Shown: piece by piece, positions 31,001 through 41,618 of the stretch
Layout of the letters: each line of letters opens with the position of its first letter
Position numbering within the stretch: position 1 is the stretch's first letter
From: Paramoeba atlantica
Taxonomy: Eukaryota > Protista > Discosea
Direction of reading: 5' to 3'
DNA length: 64,000 bases
NCBI GenBank assembly: GCA_977017575.1
Contig: CDRNVI010000029.1
Location: 248,001 to 312,000 of the forward strand
The notes under the pieces: generated by a model
The model's database searches: none
What the model was told of the DNA's origin: nothing
The model's input: only the letters and a program-made list of their open reading frames with translations
Made by a program: the position numbers and the translations under genes

Positions 31001-34000
31001 ATGTCCTGGGGAAATCCATCCGGTGCATGGGGAGGCGCCCCAAATCCAAACCCCACTCCAACCGGCTGGGGATCGACCACGAGCACAACCCCAGGGCCCA
31101 CCGCTTCCCCATGGGGAAGCAGCCAACCTGCCCAACCCAGCTGGGGAGCCCCACCCACTCTGGGGGCGACCAAACCCGCCTGGGGGTCGTCCACCACCTC
31201 GAGCGCCCCCGCACCGTGGTCCGGGCTCCCCACAACGGCAACCACAACCACCCCGGGCTCCGGATCCCATCCCTGGGGGGGCGTCGCCCCCTCTGCTGCT
31301 GTTTCATCCGTACCCGCGCCTACGCCCTGGGGAGCCCAGCCCCCACGCGCTGCGCCCTCCCCCCCCCTCTGGGGCAGCGCCCCCACGACAGGGATCACCG
31401 CGACGCCTGCCGGTATGGGCTCGAGCCCCGGCAACGCGTGGGGGAGTGGTGGGGGCAGGAGTAGTGCTCCCCCGAGTACGGGACCCGGGGGGTGGGGGAC
31501 TCAACTCGCCGGGAGTGCCCCAACCTCCGGGGCAGGCTGGGGTGGTTCGACCTCGGGAGGAGCCCCCTCGAGTGGGACACCGGGCTGGGGGACAGCCCCG
31601 GGAGCCCCCGTGAAGCCTGCTGGGGCTGGGGCCACGCCGTGGGGGAGTACGAGCACGGGGAGTAGTGGTACAGGGGGGTGGGGAGGGATGGGGGGAGGTG
31701 TGACGGGACTGGGCTCCACGACGACACAGACCTCTCCGTTTGGTACGGCCTCTGGGACACAGCCTCCTGCATGGGGAGGAGGGACTGGGGGGTTGGGAAC
31801 GACGGGGAGTGGAGGTTCGGTTGCAACGGTCAGTGGATGGGGTGCGGGTCCGACCCAGCCCGCTGCGAGTAGCACGCTGAGTACCTCTGGAACCTCCTGG
31901 GGGTTGGGTGCGAAGCCAGCTACGAGTTCGTGGTCCACAACCGCGACTTCAGGAGTTCTTTCTGGAACCACACCGTTTGGCAGTTCTCAGACGACGTTGT
32001 CCAGCTCCACACCCGGGCCTTCCCTTGGTTCTTCGGCGCCATGGGCTCCCACCAAACCATCGGCTCCTTGGGGGGGCAGTGGGACGAGCGGGTCGGCGTG
32101 GCCCTCCCTGGGTGGATCTTTGCAGCCATCCGCGGTCCCTGCCGTGCCCTCGTTTGCGCCTCCCGCGAGTGCACCCACAGGGCCTGTGCTAGATCTAGTT
32201 CGTCACCCCTATGGGAACCTTCTGGAGGCTTCCGGGGAGAAGTTGCGCGCTATGAGCGAATCTAAACCTTTGGCCCACACGCAGAGCATCCCACGTTCCC
32301 TAGTGACGCGTTCTCGTTCCCAAGTACATCGGCTGCCGACACATGAAAAAGCGAAAAATCAGCACAGTGAACGACAGCAAACGCCATTGACCTTGAGCAC
32401 GGGTCATATACCCACTCTACAAATAGATGCAGAAGCATTGAGGAGATCAGCTTCCACTGTACGTGTGCGACGAAATGTTGATACTTCTTCGGAAGAAGAA
32501 TTCGGAGCCGTGAAGAAACTTTCTTTACTAACCCCGCAACCAAGAGAGAACCACACGCCTGTTTGTGAACCCAACGAGCGTCCTACATGTGTGCGAGCGG
32601 GAGGATTTCCAACACTTGTGGATACGACGCATATTGGCATACTCCCAAGTCTTGATGAGCTGCAGAGTCGAACGCCGAATTCCTTAAAGGCGGTGCCCAA
32701 CTTTGTTATCTATAGAAAAGACGGAAAATTGCAGGTCAACTTCTTGGAACCTGTTGACCTTACGGGCTGCACGCTTGATGAGTGTGTACGTTTGCAAAGT
32801 AGCGGTCATGTGACTTTTCCACCCGCTTCCTCATTACAAATTCCTGCGCTAGTCCTTGTTCGTGGATTAATCGGCCTTTCACAGGATGACGTTCAAGAAA
32901 AATGCTTTCAGGATGGTAATGTATTTGTAGACTTTCTCAAGGAGAATGGCACGGACACACTAGTGTACTTAACTAATGCAGATTCCAGCTATGAAATACC
33001 TGACTTGTACAACCGCACCAATCGCTACGCCATCAACCAAGTTTTCCCGATTCAGCATGACTCGTTCCCAGGTGGTGACATTAGTTCCAAAGAGTTGCTC
33101 CCGACTGCTCTAGAATCGAATGAAGAAATCAAGAAAGCCCCAGTTTGGTCTAAAACGAGCAAACAAACTATGAACTACGACGTGTTTCTTCCACGTAAAG
33201 AAGCTGATTCTAAAATTAGACCCTTCGATGGAGCTTCAGCTCGGGATCTCCGAGACGGATATTCGGTACTTTACAGACCACGTGCGGAGGCGGAAAACGC
33301 GATTGATCTTCACGACCACGCTTATACACCTGCAGAAAGATTGAGCATACCAGAAAATTTTATGTCGCATGCTGATGTATCGGATTTTGCAGAAACAAAT
33401 TCATCAGAAGAGCAGATTTGGCTCGAGGATATTGACTTTCGAACAATGGAGCCAGATAGAGATTTTTCTGCCAGTATATCACATGATTTAATTCGTAATT
33501 TTAGCACAGAATCTCGAGCTCTGCTTAAAAATGTGCGCGGAAACTGGTCAAAGGAAGGTTTGCTGTGCATTCCGTCGGGTGCAATGTTGGGACGAAAACA
33601 CGTTCAAGCGAGCAGCATTTACTCAATGCGCTCTATCGCCACGTCATTCGACGTCGGTGATTTGGTTACCGCTTTTTCTTACATACAGTCTTGCACGAAA
33701 CCACGTGATGAATTTCCGAGCACGGCGTCGAAAAGAAATGTTTGCTTCCGTACAGAAACTACAGAGGGAAAAAACCTACTCGCATCTCTACATGCCCTGG
33801 TAACACCCAAACTGCACGACTACAAAAATTTGAGCCCGGAAATTGCGCTCAACGATTTACTTAGAGAGACAATGGAAGAGGCCATTGGATTACTTCGCTC
33901 CTGGTTCGAATTAGAAGGAAGCGTATGTATGGAAGACAAAGATTATGAGGAAACTTATAACGAAGGTATGCGGCGACAAAATATTCAAGATTGGTTGGGT

Positions 34001-35017
34001 GAGTGCGTGAAAAGAACAGCTGGAAGTCCCCGCTTCCCAGGAAAACCACTATTCAGTCTTTTGCTGAAAAGAAGAACTACAGAGGCAGTTGAGCTTTGTA
34101 TTTCAATGTCAAAGCCCGAACTTGCGGCGATTCTTGCTGGGACTGGATACGGCGCCGTTAGTAACGCCACTGATTGTGCCCGTTCATATCTGAACGAAAA
34201 GTATGAAGAATTATCCGACGATCACAAATCATGTTTAAAGCTAGCCGCTGGAGATCTCGACGAACTTCTGGACGAATGTCAATTTCAATATAAAGAGGGA
34301 AAGGTAAGACGAAATCCACTGGGAGCAGATTGGCATCATTTGCTGGGTGCCTACATGTGGTATTGTGCTCCCTGTTCTTGGTCTTTGCGGAAGTGTTTTT
34401 CTAGCTTTAGAGATGCCTTACGGAATTGTAAGGAACTCAAAAATGGTAGATATAATTCATTCGAGAGAGTAGTACCGCATTACGCCTTTCTAGGAGATGT
34501 CTTGAGCGATTCTGGTAACGACTTTTCAATAAAAATTGCCAAGAGCGCAATGAAACGGAAGGATATTACGTATCTCTTGCTTCAGCATTTTTGTGAACAA
34601 CAGCCCGATTTTTGGAACTATCTCTTGGTTCCTTTTTGCCACTCCCCTTATCCCTTGGATTACTTGTTGCCTACTATCATTGTTCTAGTTCTAAGGTCCA
34701 ATTCTTGTGCCCCAGATCAAGTAGCAGATTCAATACTACTACGTTGCATTACACAACTGGAGCACCTACAAGCACATGATTGCAGTATGACATTGATGAC
34801 ACTTCTATGTAATGAAGAAATTCGACAAAAACAGAGCGAGGAGTATATTCTTCGTAATGCTACTTACTTTAATAAGAGAGAAGCCGGATCGATATATGAT
34901 CTTGATGTAAATAGTCACGCGCAAGCCGATACTAGCGGTGTAACAACGACCGGGGTGCAGAGTAAAACTGTGGACGTGGTCAGAGAGGTACGGAGTGCAG
35001 TACACAACCGTATGTAG
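31001..35017 (+). CDS. NUP158: Nup98-96 orthologue (Nup158-type) with WG-repeat N-terminus
   Basis: Low-complexity S/T/G/P N-terminus. Autoprotease-fold domain ILPSLDEL...VPNFVIYRKDG..VNFLEPVDLTG..LDECV lacks the HFS cleavage site. Nup96-like DWHHLLGAYMWY. Confidence 0.8.
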   Translation: MSWGNPSGAWGGAPNPNPTPTGWGSTTSTTPGPTASPWGSSQPAQPSWGAPPTLGATKPAWGSSTTSSAPAPWSGLPTTATTTTPGSGSHPWGGVAPSAAVSSVPAPTPWGAQPPRAAPSPPLWGSAPTTGITATPAGMGSSPGNAWGSGGGRSSAPPSTGPGGWGTQLAGSAPTSGAGWGGSTSGGAPSSGTPGWGTAPGAPVKPAGAGATPWGSTSTGSSGTGGWGGMGGGVTGLGSTTTQTSPFGTASGTQPPAWGGGTGGLGTTGSGGSVATVSGWGAGPTQPAASSTLSTSGTSWGLGAKPATSSWSTTATSGVLSGTTPFGSSQTTLSSSTPGPSLGSSAPWAPTKPSAPWGGSGTSGSAWPSLGGSLQPSAVPAVPSFAPPASAPTGPVLDLVRHPYGNLLEASGEKLRAMSESKPLAHTQSIPRSLVTRSRSQVHRLPTHEKAKNQHSERQQTPLTLSTGHIPTLQIDAEALRRSASTVRVRRNVDTSSEEEFGAVKKLSLLTPQPRENHTPVCEPNERPTCVRAGGFPTLVDTTHIGILPSLDELQSRTPNSLKAVPNFVIYRKDGKLQVNFLEPVDLTGCTLDECVRLQSSGHVTFPPASSLQIPALVLVRGLIGLSQDDVQEKCFQDGNVFVDFLKENGTDTLVYLTNADSSYEIPDLYNRTNRYAINQVFPIQHDSFPGGDISSKELLPTALESNEEIKKAPVWSKTSKQTMNYDVFLPRKEADSKIRPFDGASARDLRDGYSVLYRPRAEAENAIDLHDHAYTPAERLSIPENFMSHADVSDFAETNSSEEQIWLEDIDFRTMEPDRDFSASISHDLIRNFSTESRALLKNVRGNWSKEGLLCIPSGAMLGRKHVQASSIYSMRSIATSFDVGDLVTAFSYIQSCTKPRDEFPSTASKRNVCFRTETTEGKNLLASLHALVTPKLHDYKNLSPEIALNDLLRETMEEAIGLLRSWFELEGSVCMEDKDYEETYNEGMRRQNIQDWLGECVKRTAGSPRFPGKPLFSLLLKRRTTEAVELCISMSKPELAAILAGTGYGAVSNATDCARSYLNEKYEELSDDHKSCLKLAAGDLDELLDECQFQYKEGKVRRNPLGADWHHLLGAYMWYCAPCSWSLRKCFSSFRDALRNCKELKNGRYNSFERVVPHYAFLGDVLSDSGNDFSIKIAKSAMKRKDITYLLLQHFCEQQPDFWNYLLVPFCHSPYPLDYLLPTIIVLVLRSNSCAPDQVADSILLRCITQLEHLQAHDCSMTLMTLLCNEEIRQKQSEEYILRNATYFNKREAGSIYDLDVNSHAQADTSGVTTTGVQSKTVDVVREVRSAVHNRM

Positions 35018-35464
35018 TTATCAAAGTCGTCCAACAAATGACTAGTATACAATGTATCTAATGATAATCTTATGCTCTCCGGGCACTGCATTCCGTCAAA
35101 AGTTGAACGGTAAGAGATTTAACAGTTTCCATTTTTTGTAATTTTATTGCACAGTGTGTGCCGTAAAAATGCAACCTTTCATACACATGAAGGGCATTTT
35201 TATTGTAATAGACAACTTGAACGATGCCGACCTTTGAAAACACTGAGAAAAACACGAAGAAACATCCAAGTCACCTAAAATGAACTATCAACGCTATTTA
35301 AATTCACCATTCCGGCCGCAATGCTTTTTGATGTAACATGTACAGCTTATTTGTTCGACGCGTCCTCGAACCTGTCTTCAGTGTTTTGTACTTAATTTCA
35401 CATATTTTTTATTTGTTCCTTTTCCACAGAATTCTGCTGCACTGCATTCCGTGATCAAATTTCA

Positions 35465-36568
35465 ATGACCGCAAGGAAGAGCAACAGAGACCAAGAGACT
35501 AAAAATTCTTCTACACTCGGAGTTGGTGAAGCTCGCGCATTTGCAGAAGATTGTTTGAAGAACGAAAAGTTTGATGAGGCCAAGAGGGCGTACGAGTACA
35601 TTATTTTGCAGGAGCCTACTTGTCATGAGACAATGGAGGCCCTTGCTGATCTATTTCAGTATGAATTTGGTGATTTCAAGGAAGCGCAAAAATATTACGA
35701 GAAAGCGATACTACTGAGTCCAGAAAATGGTGCCGAGAAGTATATGAACTATGCAGAATTGCTGTGTCAAGTACCTTCCACAACTCCCATGAGAAAACAA
35801 AGGGGTTCACAACCACAACGTACCCCAGAGGCCTTATTTCAAAAAGGAATTGACCTTTGCGAAAAACTTGCTAAGGATTTGAACACCGAGAGTAGGGACA
35901 GCGCAGTCGAAGAGGCTAGAAAAGCTGTGCAGGGTGTTGTTGCGCTCATAGAGTATTTTCTTAGCAAGTGGGAAAAGAACGATGCAGCGATAGGTCTCAA
36001 GCAAAAAATACCAACACAACAGCATGGTGTGAAAATCACGAACCTTCTGGAATACGCAGAGCGTTTAGCTGAAACCTATGAGTGCTCGAGGACAGAGATT
36101 GCAAGACTTTCGGCACTGTATTGGGGGCTATGCGCTACTCCAAGTGACAGTGCCCTTGAGAACTGTCGGCACCATAGCCTTATATTCCTGAAACATCTTC
36201 CCGAAACTATGGATATCGAACGTCCAAGCTTTGGTACAATTTTCGAGTTCGTACGAGATATTTTACTTGGCAGACTGAATATGTATGAGGAGGCATGGAA
36301 TACCACACTTGATCTCAACTTGGAAGATGAACTTAATATTGATGTTTACGAGTTGCTTGCACTAATTCGTCTTCGTGCAGGATGCCCAGTTCATGCTATT
36401 GATATTATTAAGTATAGTAAGCAGATGCTGGAAGAATCTAGTGATGAACAAGGATCGGATTGTTACGTAATTGATGAAGCAACGAAGGAGTTAAAGAAAA
36501 GAGGGCTTACTTATGACTGGGAGACCAATGTGGAACTTAACCCCTTGGAGTGTCTCCGAGAATCCTAG
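35465..36568 (+). CDS. TPR protein, Acl4 (uL4 assembly chaperone)-like
   Basis: TPR helices with ALADLFQYEFGDFKEAQKYYEKAILLSPENGAEKYMNYAEL followed by ALFQKGI, the Acl4-type P..G.EKY pattern. Confidence 0.55.
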   Translation: MTARKSNRDQETKNSSTLGVGEARAFAEDCLKNEKFDEAKRAYEYIILQEPTCHETMEALADLFQYEFGDFKEAQKYYEKAILLSPENGAEKYMNYAELLCQVPSTTPMRKQRGSQPQRTPEALFQKGIDLCEKLAKDLNTESRDSAVEEARKAVQGVVALIEYFLSKWEKNDAAIGLKQKIPTQQHGVKITNLLEYAERLAETYECSRTEIARLSALYWGLCATPSDSALENCRHHSLIFLKHLPETMDIERPSFGTIFEFVRDILLGRLNMYEEAWNTTLDLNLEDELNIDVYELLALIRLRAGCPVHAIDIIKYSKQMLEESSDEQGSDCYVIDEATKELKKRGLTYDWETNVELNPLECLRES

Positions 36569-36737
36569 ACGAGCCCCATATTCCTTTTTGCTTTATATCA
36601 AGATTTTTTTCTTAGCCTAACGTAAGCACCATTTTTCTTTATGCTAGGATCATTTGCAGAAATGTTTTGCAGTTCTAGTATTGTTTTAGTGTTGCAGACT
36701 TAGCGCAATTTACGTTTTGTAGTTTTAGAAATTATTG

Positions 36738-39700
36738 ATGGCACCGCAGCGCCATCTCGTACTGCAGAAGCAATTTTACTTTGAAACATATTTTACTACC
36801 ATTTTCATACGATCAGCGTTATCAATGAAACAAGGAAAGATGAGATTTCCTCTTGAGGCAGTTCATTGCAGACCCAAAGTGAGAAGTGCGCTATATTCGA
36901 ATGACCTTGAAATGCAAGTTCTGGACTGTACACAATACATTAGGCCGCCAAGTCCTGGGATTTCCGTAGTTTCCCATATCGAAGTTCCAGTTATCCGCCT
37001 ATACGGGTGTACCATGAGTGGCCACTCGGTTCTTTTGCATGTATATAATTTTGAGCCATATCTTTGGATCGAAGCCCCTCCCCAATGGAACGCTTCACAG
37101 CATATGGAGTATTTTCGGCAATCGCTCAATACCATGTTGGCGCCTCAGACGCGTTCTCCCGGAACCATCGTTCGAATTGAAGAACATGAGAGGGATTCCC
37201 TGCTCTACCACTCCGTGTCTGAAAACTCGAAAAAGAGTTTTCTAAAGCTTGTGTGTCAGCTTCCCGGACAAATACCAAAGGTGCGCACTGCAGTCGAAGG
37301 TGCATTGACCCTGCCACGATTGTGGAACGGCCAAAGGAATTTTCTCACATATGAGTCGAATGTACTGTTTCCTCTTCGTTTTCTTGTTGATTTGGACATT
37401 GGCGGCAGTAGTTGGGTACGAATACCGAAAGGAAAATTCCGCGAGACGCAGCCTCGCGTATCAAACTGCCAAGTTGAACTGGATGTCTCACAATCAGTTA
37501 TTGAGTCCTTCGAGGCTACGGGCGAGTGGATGAAAATAGCCCCCTTTCGTATATTATCTCTTGATATCGAATGTCAGGGACGAAAAGGGTATTTTCCGGA
37601 AGCAAGTCGAGATCCAGTCATTCAGATTGCAGTACATGGTACAACAGCCCATGGAACAGGGCATCGATCCTCAGAAGAGACTGCTGAAGAGAATGAATCC
37701 TTTGATGACGAACAAGTTGCGTGTAACAAAGTGTTCACCTTGGGATCTTGCGCCAGTATCGCCAGTTGTCATGTTCACAGCTATGAGAATGAAAAAGACA
37801 TGCTGATTGCCTTTTCAGACTTTTTGTCTACGTATGACCCAGATTTCCTCACGGGGTATAACATTTCGAACTTTGATTTTCCGTACCTTATGGAGCGAGC
37901 AACAACACTGCAAATTGCTAGCCGTTTTAGTACATGGGGTAGAATTCTTGACGAACGGACAAGCGTCAGGGACAAGTCGTTTAGCTCCAAACAGCAAGGA
38001 AACCGTGTCTATAAGGAATTAATCTGCGATGGACGTATTGTGCTGGATGTTATGCTATGTGTTCAACGAGACTACAAATTGCGATCATACTCGCTAAACA
38101 GTGTTTCACAGTCTTTTCTTGGAGAACAAAAGGAAGACGTTCACCATTCTATTATCTCTGATTTGCAGAACGGAAATGAGGAAACTCGCCGACGTTTAGC
38201 GGTTTACTGTCTAAAAGATGCGGTACTTCCTGTTCGGCTAATTGAAAAGCTAATGTTGCTTATCAATAACATTGAAATGGCTCGAGTTTCCGGAGTTCCC
38301 ATAGGCTGGCTTCTAGAGCGGGGACAGCAAATTAAGGTTTTTTCACAGATGTTACGCAAGGCGCAGAAAAAGCAATTGCTCTTTCCTGCAGTTGAGAGAT
38401 ACACCCCTAGCGAAGAAGGAGTTGGTTTTGAAGGTGCTACGGTGATTGAACCTAAACGTGGTTACTACGAAGAACCGATTGCGACACTCGATTTCGCTTC
38501 TCTGTACCCCTCCATTATGATGGCTTATAACTTGTGCTACTCCACATTGGTTCGTCCTTCTGAAGTAGGAAAGTTGCCATCCGATTCCTATACGACAACT
38601 CCATCTGGGCATGTGTTTGTCAAGCCGGAGCGATTCCGAGGTATCCTGCCCCAAATATTAGAAGAATTTCTCACTGCGAGAAAGGCAGCAAAAGCGGCCA
38701 TGAAACATGCTACGACCCCTCTTGAACACGCAGTGTTAAATGGGCGACAACTAGCTCTCAAAATCAGTGCCAATAGCGTGTACGGTTTTACCGGTGCGCA
38801 AGTAGGTAAGTTACCATGTCTTGAAATCAGTTCCTCAGTAACTTCTTATGGGCGCACAATGATAGAAAAAACTAAGGAACTTGTAGAGCAACACTATAGT
38901 ACTGCAGAAGGTTATGAGAAAGATGCACAAGTTATTTACGGTGATACAGATTCCGTGATGGTAAATTTTCGGGCATCCGATTCCTCAGCTTCTGACTGCG
39001 TAAAACTGGAGAAGTCGATGAAATTAGGCAAAGAGGCCGCGTCACTGGTAACAAGCAATTTTCCTTCTCCAATTAAACTGGAATTCGAAAAAGTATACTT
39101 TCCGTACATGTTGATGAATAAGAAACGGTACGCTGGTCTTCTGTGGACTCAACCGGATAAGTACGATAAGCTGGATGTTAAAGGGATTGAAGCCGTTCGA
39201 CGTGACAATTGTCCTCTAGTTGCTAATATCGTAAGCACCGTTCTGAATCGAATACTCATCGAACGAAGCATACCTCGTGCAGTTGACTTCGTGAAGAAAA
39301 CTATCAGCGACATGCTAATGAATCGTCTTGACATTTCACACCTTGTGATATCGAAAACATTCTCAAAAGCCGAAGATGAATACGTAGCGAAACAGGCTCA
39401 TATAGCTTTGGTCGAAAGAATGCGCAAAAGAGATCCAGCTACAGCTCCCGTTGTTGGCGATCGTGTAGCATATGTCATTGTCAAAGGTCCGAAGGGAGCG
39501 AAAGCGTATGAAAAATCGGAGGACCCTCTTTATGTTCTAGAGCACAATATTGCCATTGACGCGAATCACTATTTGGAGCATCAGCTTGCTCTGCCGTTGC
39601 AAAGACTTTTTGAAGGAATTATAGACAAACCCGAATCGCTTGTGAATGGAGATCATACCCGGCACATATCTGTCAGTACGCCAAGCAAGGCAGCCGGGGG

Positions 39701-40019
39701 TATTATGAAGTTTGCTAAAGTTAATTTACAGTGCCTGGCTTGCCGTACCGCGATGAAGCCAGGTGAAAAGGGTGCTGTTTGTAAAGCTTGCGAGCCCATC
39801 GCGTCAGAGGTCTACTTACGCATACTTGAAAAACGAAATCATTATGAAACTATGTTCGGTCGGGTTTGGACGCAGTGTCAACGTTGCCAAGGCTCTCTAC
39901 ACCAGGAGGTGCTGTGTACCAGTAGGGATTGTCCAGTCTTCTACATGCGAAAAAAAGTTCAGTCAGTGCTAAAGGAGGAGCAATCCTTCCTGGATCGATT
40001 CGGACACGTTGAGTGGTAA
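36738..40019 (+). CDS. POLD1: DNA polymerase delta catalytic subunit
   Basis: LDIEC exonuclease I motif, DFASLYPSIMMAYNLCYST, KISANSVYG, YGDTDS, and C-terminal CysA/CysB (CQRCQGSLHQEVLCTSRDCPVFY). Confidence 0.98.
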   Translation: MAPQRHLVLQKQFYFETYFTTIFIRSALSMKQGKMRFPLEAVHCRPKVRSALYSNDLEMQVLDCTQYIRPPSPGISVVSHIEVPVIRLYGCTMSGHSVLLHVYNFEPYLWIEAPPQWNASQHMEYFRQSLNTMLAPQTRSPGTIVRIEEHERDSLLYHSVSENSKKSFLKLVCQLPGQIPKVRTAVEGALTLPRLWNGQRNFLTYESNVLFPLRFLVDLDIGGSSWVRIPKGKFRETQPRVSNCQVELDVSQSVIESFEATGEWMKIAPFRILSLDIECQGRKGYFPEASRDPVIQIAVHGTTAHGTGHRSSEETAEENESFDDEQVACNKVFTLGSCASIASCHVHSYENEKDMLIAFSDFLSTYDPDFLTGYNISNFDFPYLMERATTLQIASRFSTWGRILDERTSVRDKSFSSKQQGNRVYKELICDGRIVLDVMLCVQRDYKLRSYSLNSVSQSFLGEQKEDVHHSIISDLQNGNEETRRRLAVYCLKDAVLPVRLIEKLMLLINNIEMARVSGVPIGWLLERGQQIKVFSQMLRKAQKKQLLFPAVERYTPSEEGVGFEGATVIEPKRGYYEEPIATLDFASLYPSIMMAYNLCYSTLVRPSEVGKLPSDSYTTTPSGHVFVKPERFRGILPQILEEFLTARKAAKAAMKHATTPLEHAVLNGRQLALKISANSVYGFTGAQVGKLPCLEISSSVTSYGRTMIEKTKELVEQHYSTAEGYEKDAQVIYGDTDSVMVNFRASDSSASDCVKLEKSMKLGKEAASLVTSNFPSPIKLEFEKVYFPYMLMNKKRYAGLLWTQPDKYDKLDVKGIEAVRRDNCPLVANIVSTVLNRILIERSIPRAVDFVKKTISDMLMNRLDISHLVISKTFSKAEDEYVAKQAHIALVERMRKRDPATAPVVGDRVAYVIVKGPKGAKAYEKSEDPLYVLEHNIAIDANHYLEHQLALPLQRLFEGIIDKPESLVNGDHTRHISVSTPSKAAGGIMKFAKVNLQCLACRTAMKPGEKGAVCKACEPIASEVYLRILEKRNHYETMFGRVWTQCQRCQGSLHQEVLCTSRDCPVFYMRKKVQSVLKEEQSFLDRFGHVEW

Positions 40020-40467
40020 ACACATATTGGTGTCTTAAAAAATCAATTTTGGACCACCGGAAACATATTGCCTTTGTCTGATGTTTATTCCCCGATGACC
40101 GTAACGAAAAAATATAACAGAAGTTGAGCTTGAGTACATTGTGCGTATATTTCGAGCTCTCAGGTGCATAGTAGCTAGACCTAGTAGCTGTTTATTCTAT
40201 ACAGTGTATATAGAAGCGCGACCATTAGAACGTACAAGACAAATTCTGAACAAATATCATCTTGTGAAAGATTGGAGATAATGTATTCGGTTGATAGACT
40301 AAATCGAAAATAGAACTACAACGTACGAATTCGATTCGCATACTTAATTTGCGTATGAGGATTTTCTATATTTTGTTTTGTGACATTCAGCGGATCGAAA
40401 CTTTGTGGTTATTTTTTTCTTGACAGGAACACAATGCCTGGTGTGGCTTAACAGTCTTTCAAGTGCT

Positions 40468-41313
40468 ATGGCTAGACCGAAGAAACCGAGAAACTCCTCT
40501 GAGACCGCCCAGCTAGCAGCAAGGCTTGAAAGCGATTCTTGTGAAAAATATTTCCAGGAAATCAACCTCTTGATACCTACTCCACATCGTCGTCGTATCG
40601 TTATCGGCAGTGTTGCGGAATGGTTGGGAGATGATGCAAAGACAACTGTCACCCACAACTGGGTGTGTTACGTGCGAGCTGGTACAGACGAGGACCCAAC
40701 TCTTCAGTACATATCGTCGGTCCGTTTCCGAATGCACGAGTCTGTCCCTAACCCGATTCGTGTGATTGCCTCCCCTGGTCCTTATGAGGTCCAGGAACAG
40801 GCCTGGGGAGAATTCGAGATTCATATTGACATATTCTTTGTCGATGCAACAGTTCCTCCCTACGAGACGTGTCACATGCTACGTCTTCGAAGTCCACCAA
40901 CGCATGACCCTATATCTTTTTTTCCTTCCCCAGAATCGGGAGTGAAAACGACTACACCGGAAGATGTGGAAATTTATGATTCGGCGTTGAAGTATTCTCT
41001 AGATCCCGTTGTTTCTGAATTTCATGACGAATTGTTGTTCATTAAGCCTTCGGCAATTCTTCTTAAGGCTTTAAATAGTGAAAGACAGATGCAAAAGAGA
41101 CAAACGGAGGATGTTAAATCGAATTTCCTGGCACTACAAGAGCGGGAGGCGTCATATGTCAAGTCCTTGTTGGACTCCGTAAACGATGAGGTAATCATGC
41201 TTTTACAACAGTCTGAATCTACTTTCCAATCATTTGAGACACTTCGCGGAGAATTCGACAAAGGCTTGCAGGATTTGGAAGGGAGGCTGCAGTATCCGCA
41301 ACTAAACACATGA
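40468..41313 (+). CDS. YAF9: YEATS-domain protein (Yaf9/GAS41 family)
   Basis: THNWVCYVR...VRFRMHESVPNPIRVI..PGPYEVQEQAWGEFEI; C-terminal coiled coil. Confidence 0.85.
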   Translation: MARPKKPRNSSETAQLAARLESDSCEKYFQEINLLIPTPHRRRIVIGSVAEWLGDDAKTTVTHNWVCYVRAGTDEDPTLQYISSVRFRMHESVPNPIRVIASPGPYEVQEQAWGEFEIHIDIFFVDATVPPYETCHMLRLRSPPTHDPISFFPSPESGVKTTTPEDVEIYDSALKYSLDPVVSEFHDELLFIKPSAILLKALNSERQMQKRQTEDVKSNFLALQEREASYVKSLLDSVNDEVIMLLQQSESTFQSFETLRGEFDKGLQDLEGRLQYPQLNT

Positions 41314-41618
41314 TCAACATTCCGAGCTGGTCTCCGCAAGATTCATTTAAGACCGTAATACAAACGCAACCATGTTTTCTTCAGTGGCATATTTCTAGAA
41401 AAATCGAAAATTGTTCTTTACCTAGTTCTTCGTGTGCCTTCACCCAAAGGGATTGGTAAGCTGCCCAGAAAGGAGAACCTATACTTGACAAACCCCATAA
41501 GAAATCGTGTTGTATTGTGTAATGTCTCTCTTCATTCATATATTTTCTGTTTGTATTGATTCTCTTGTTTTCTATCGAAATATGGTCATTGATTTTGATA
41601 CCGAAATATTACTAGATC

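Noticed and set aside
30953-32265. Many 100-200 aa overlapping ORFs on both strands here, and likewise at 50.7-51.7 kb and 55.8-56.6 kb
   Set aside because: Shadow ORFs expected from local high GC and low stop frequency; no independent motifs.
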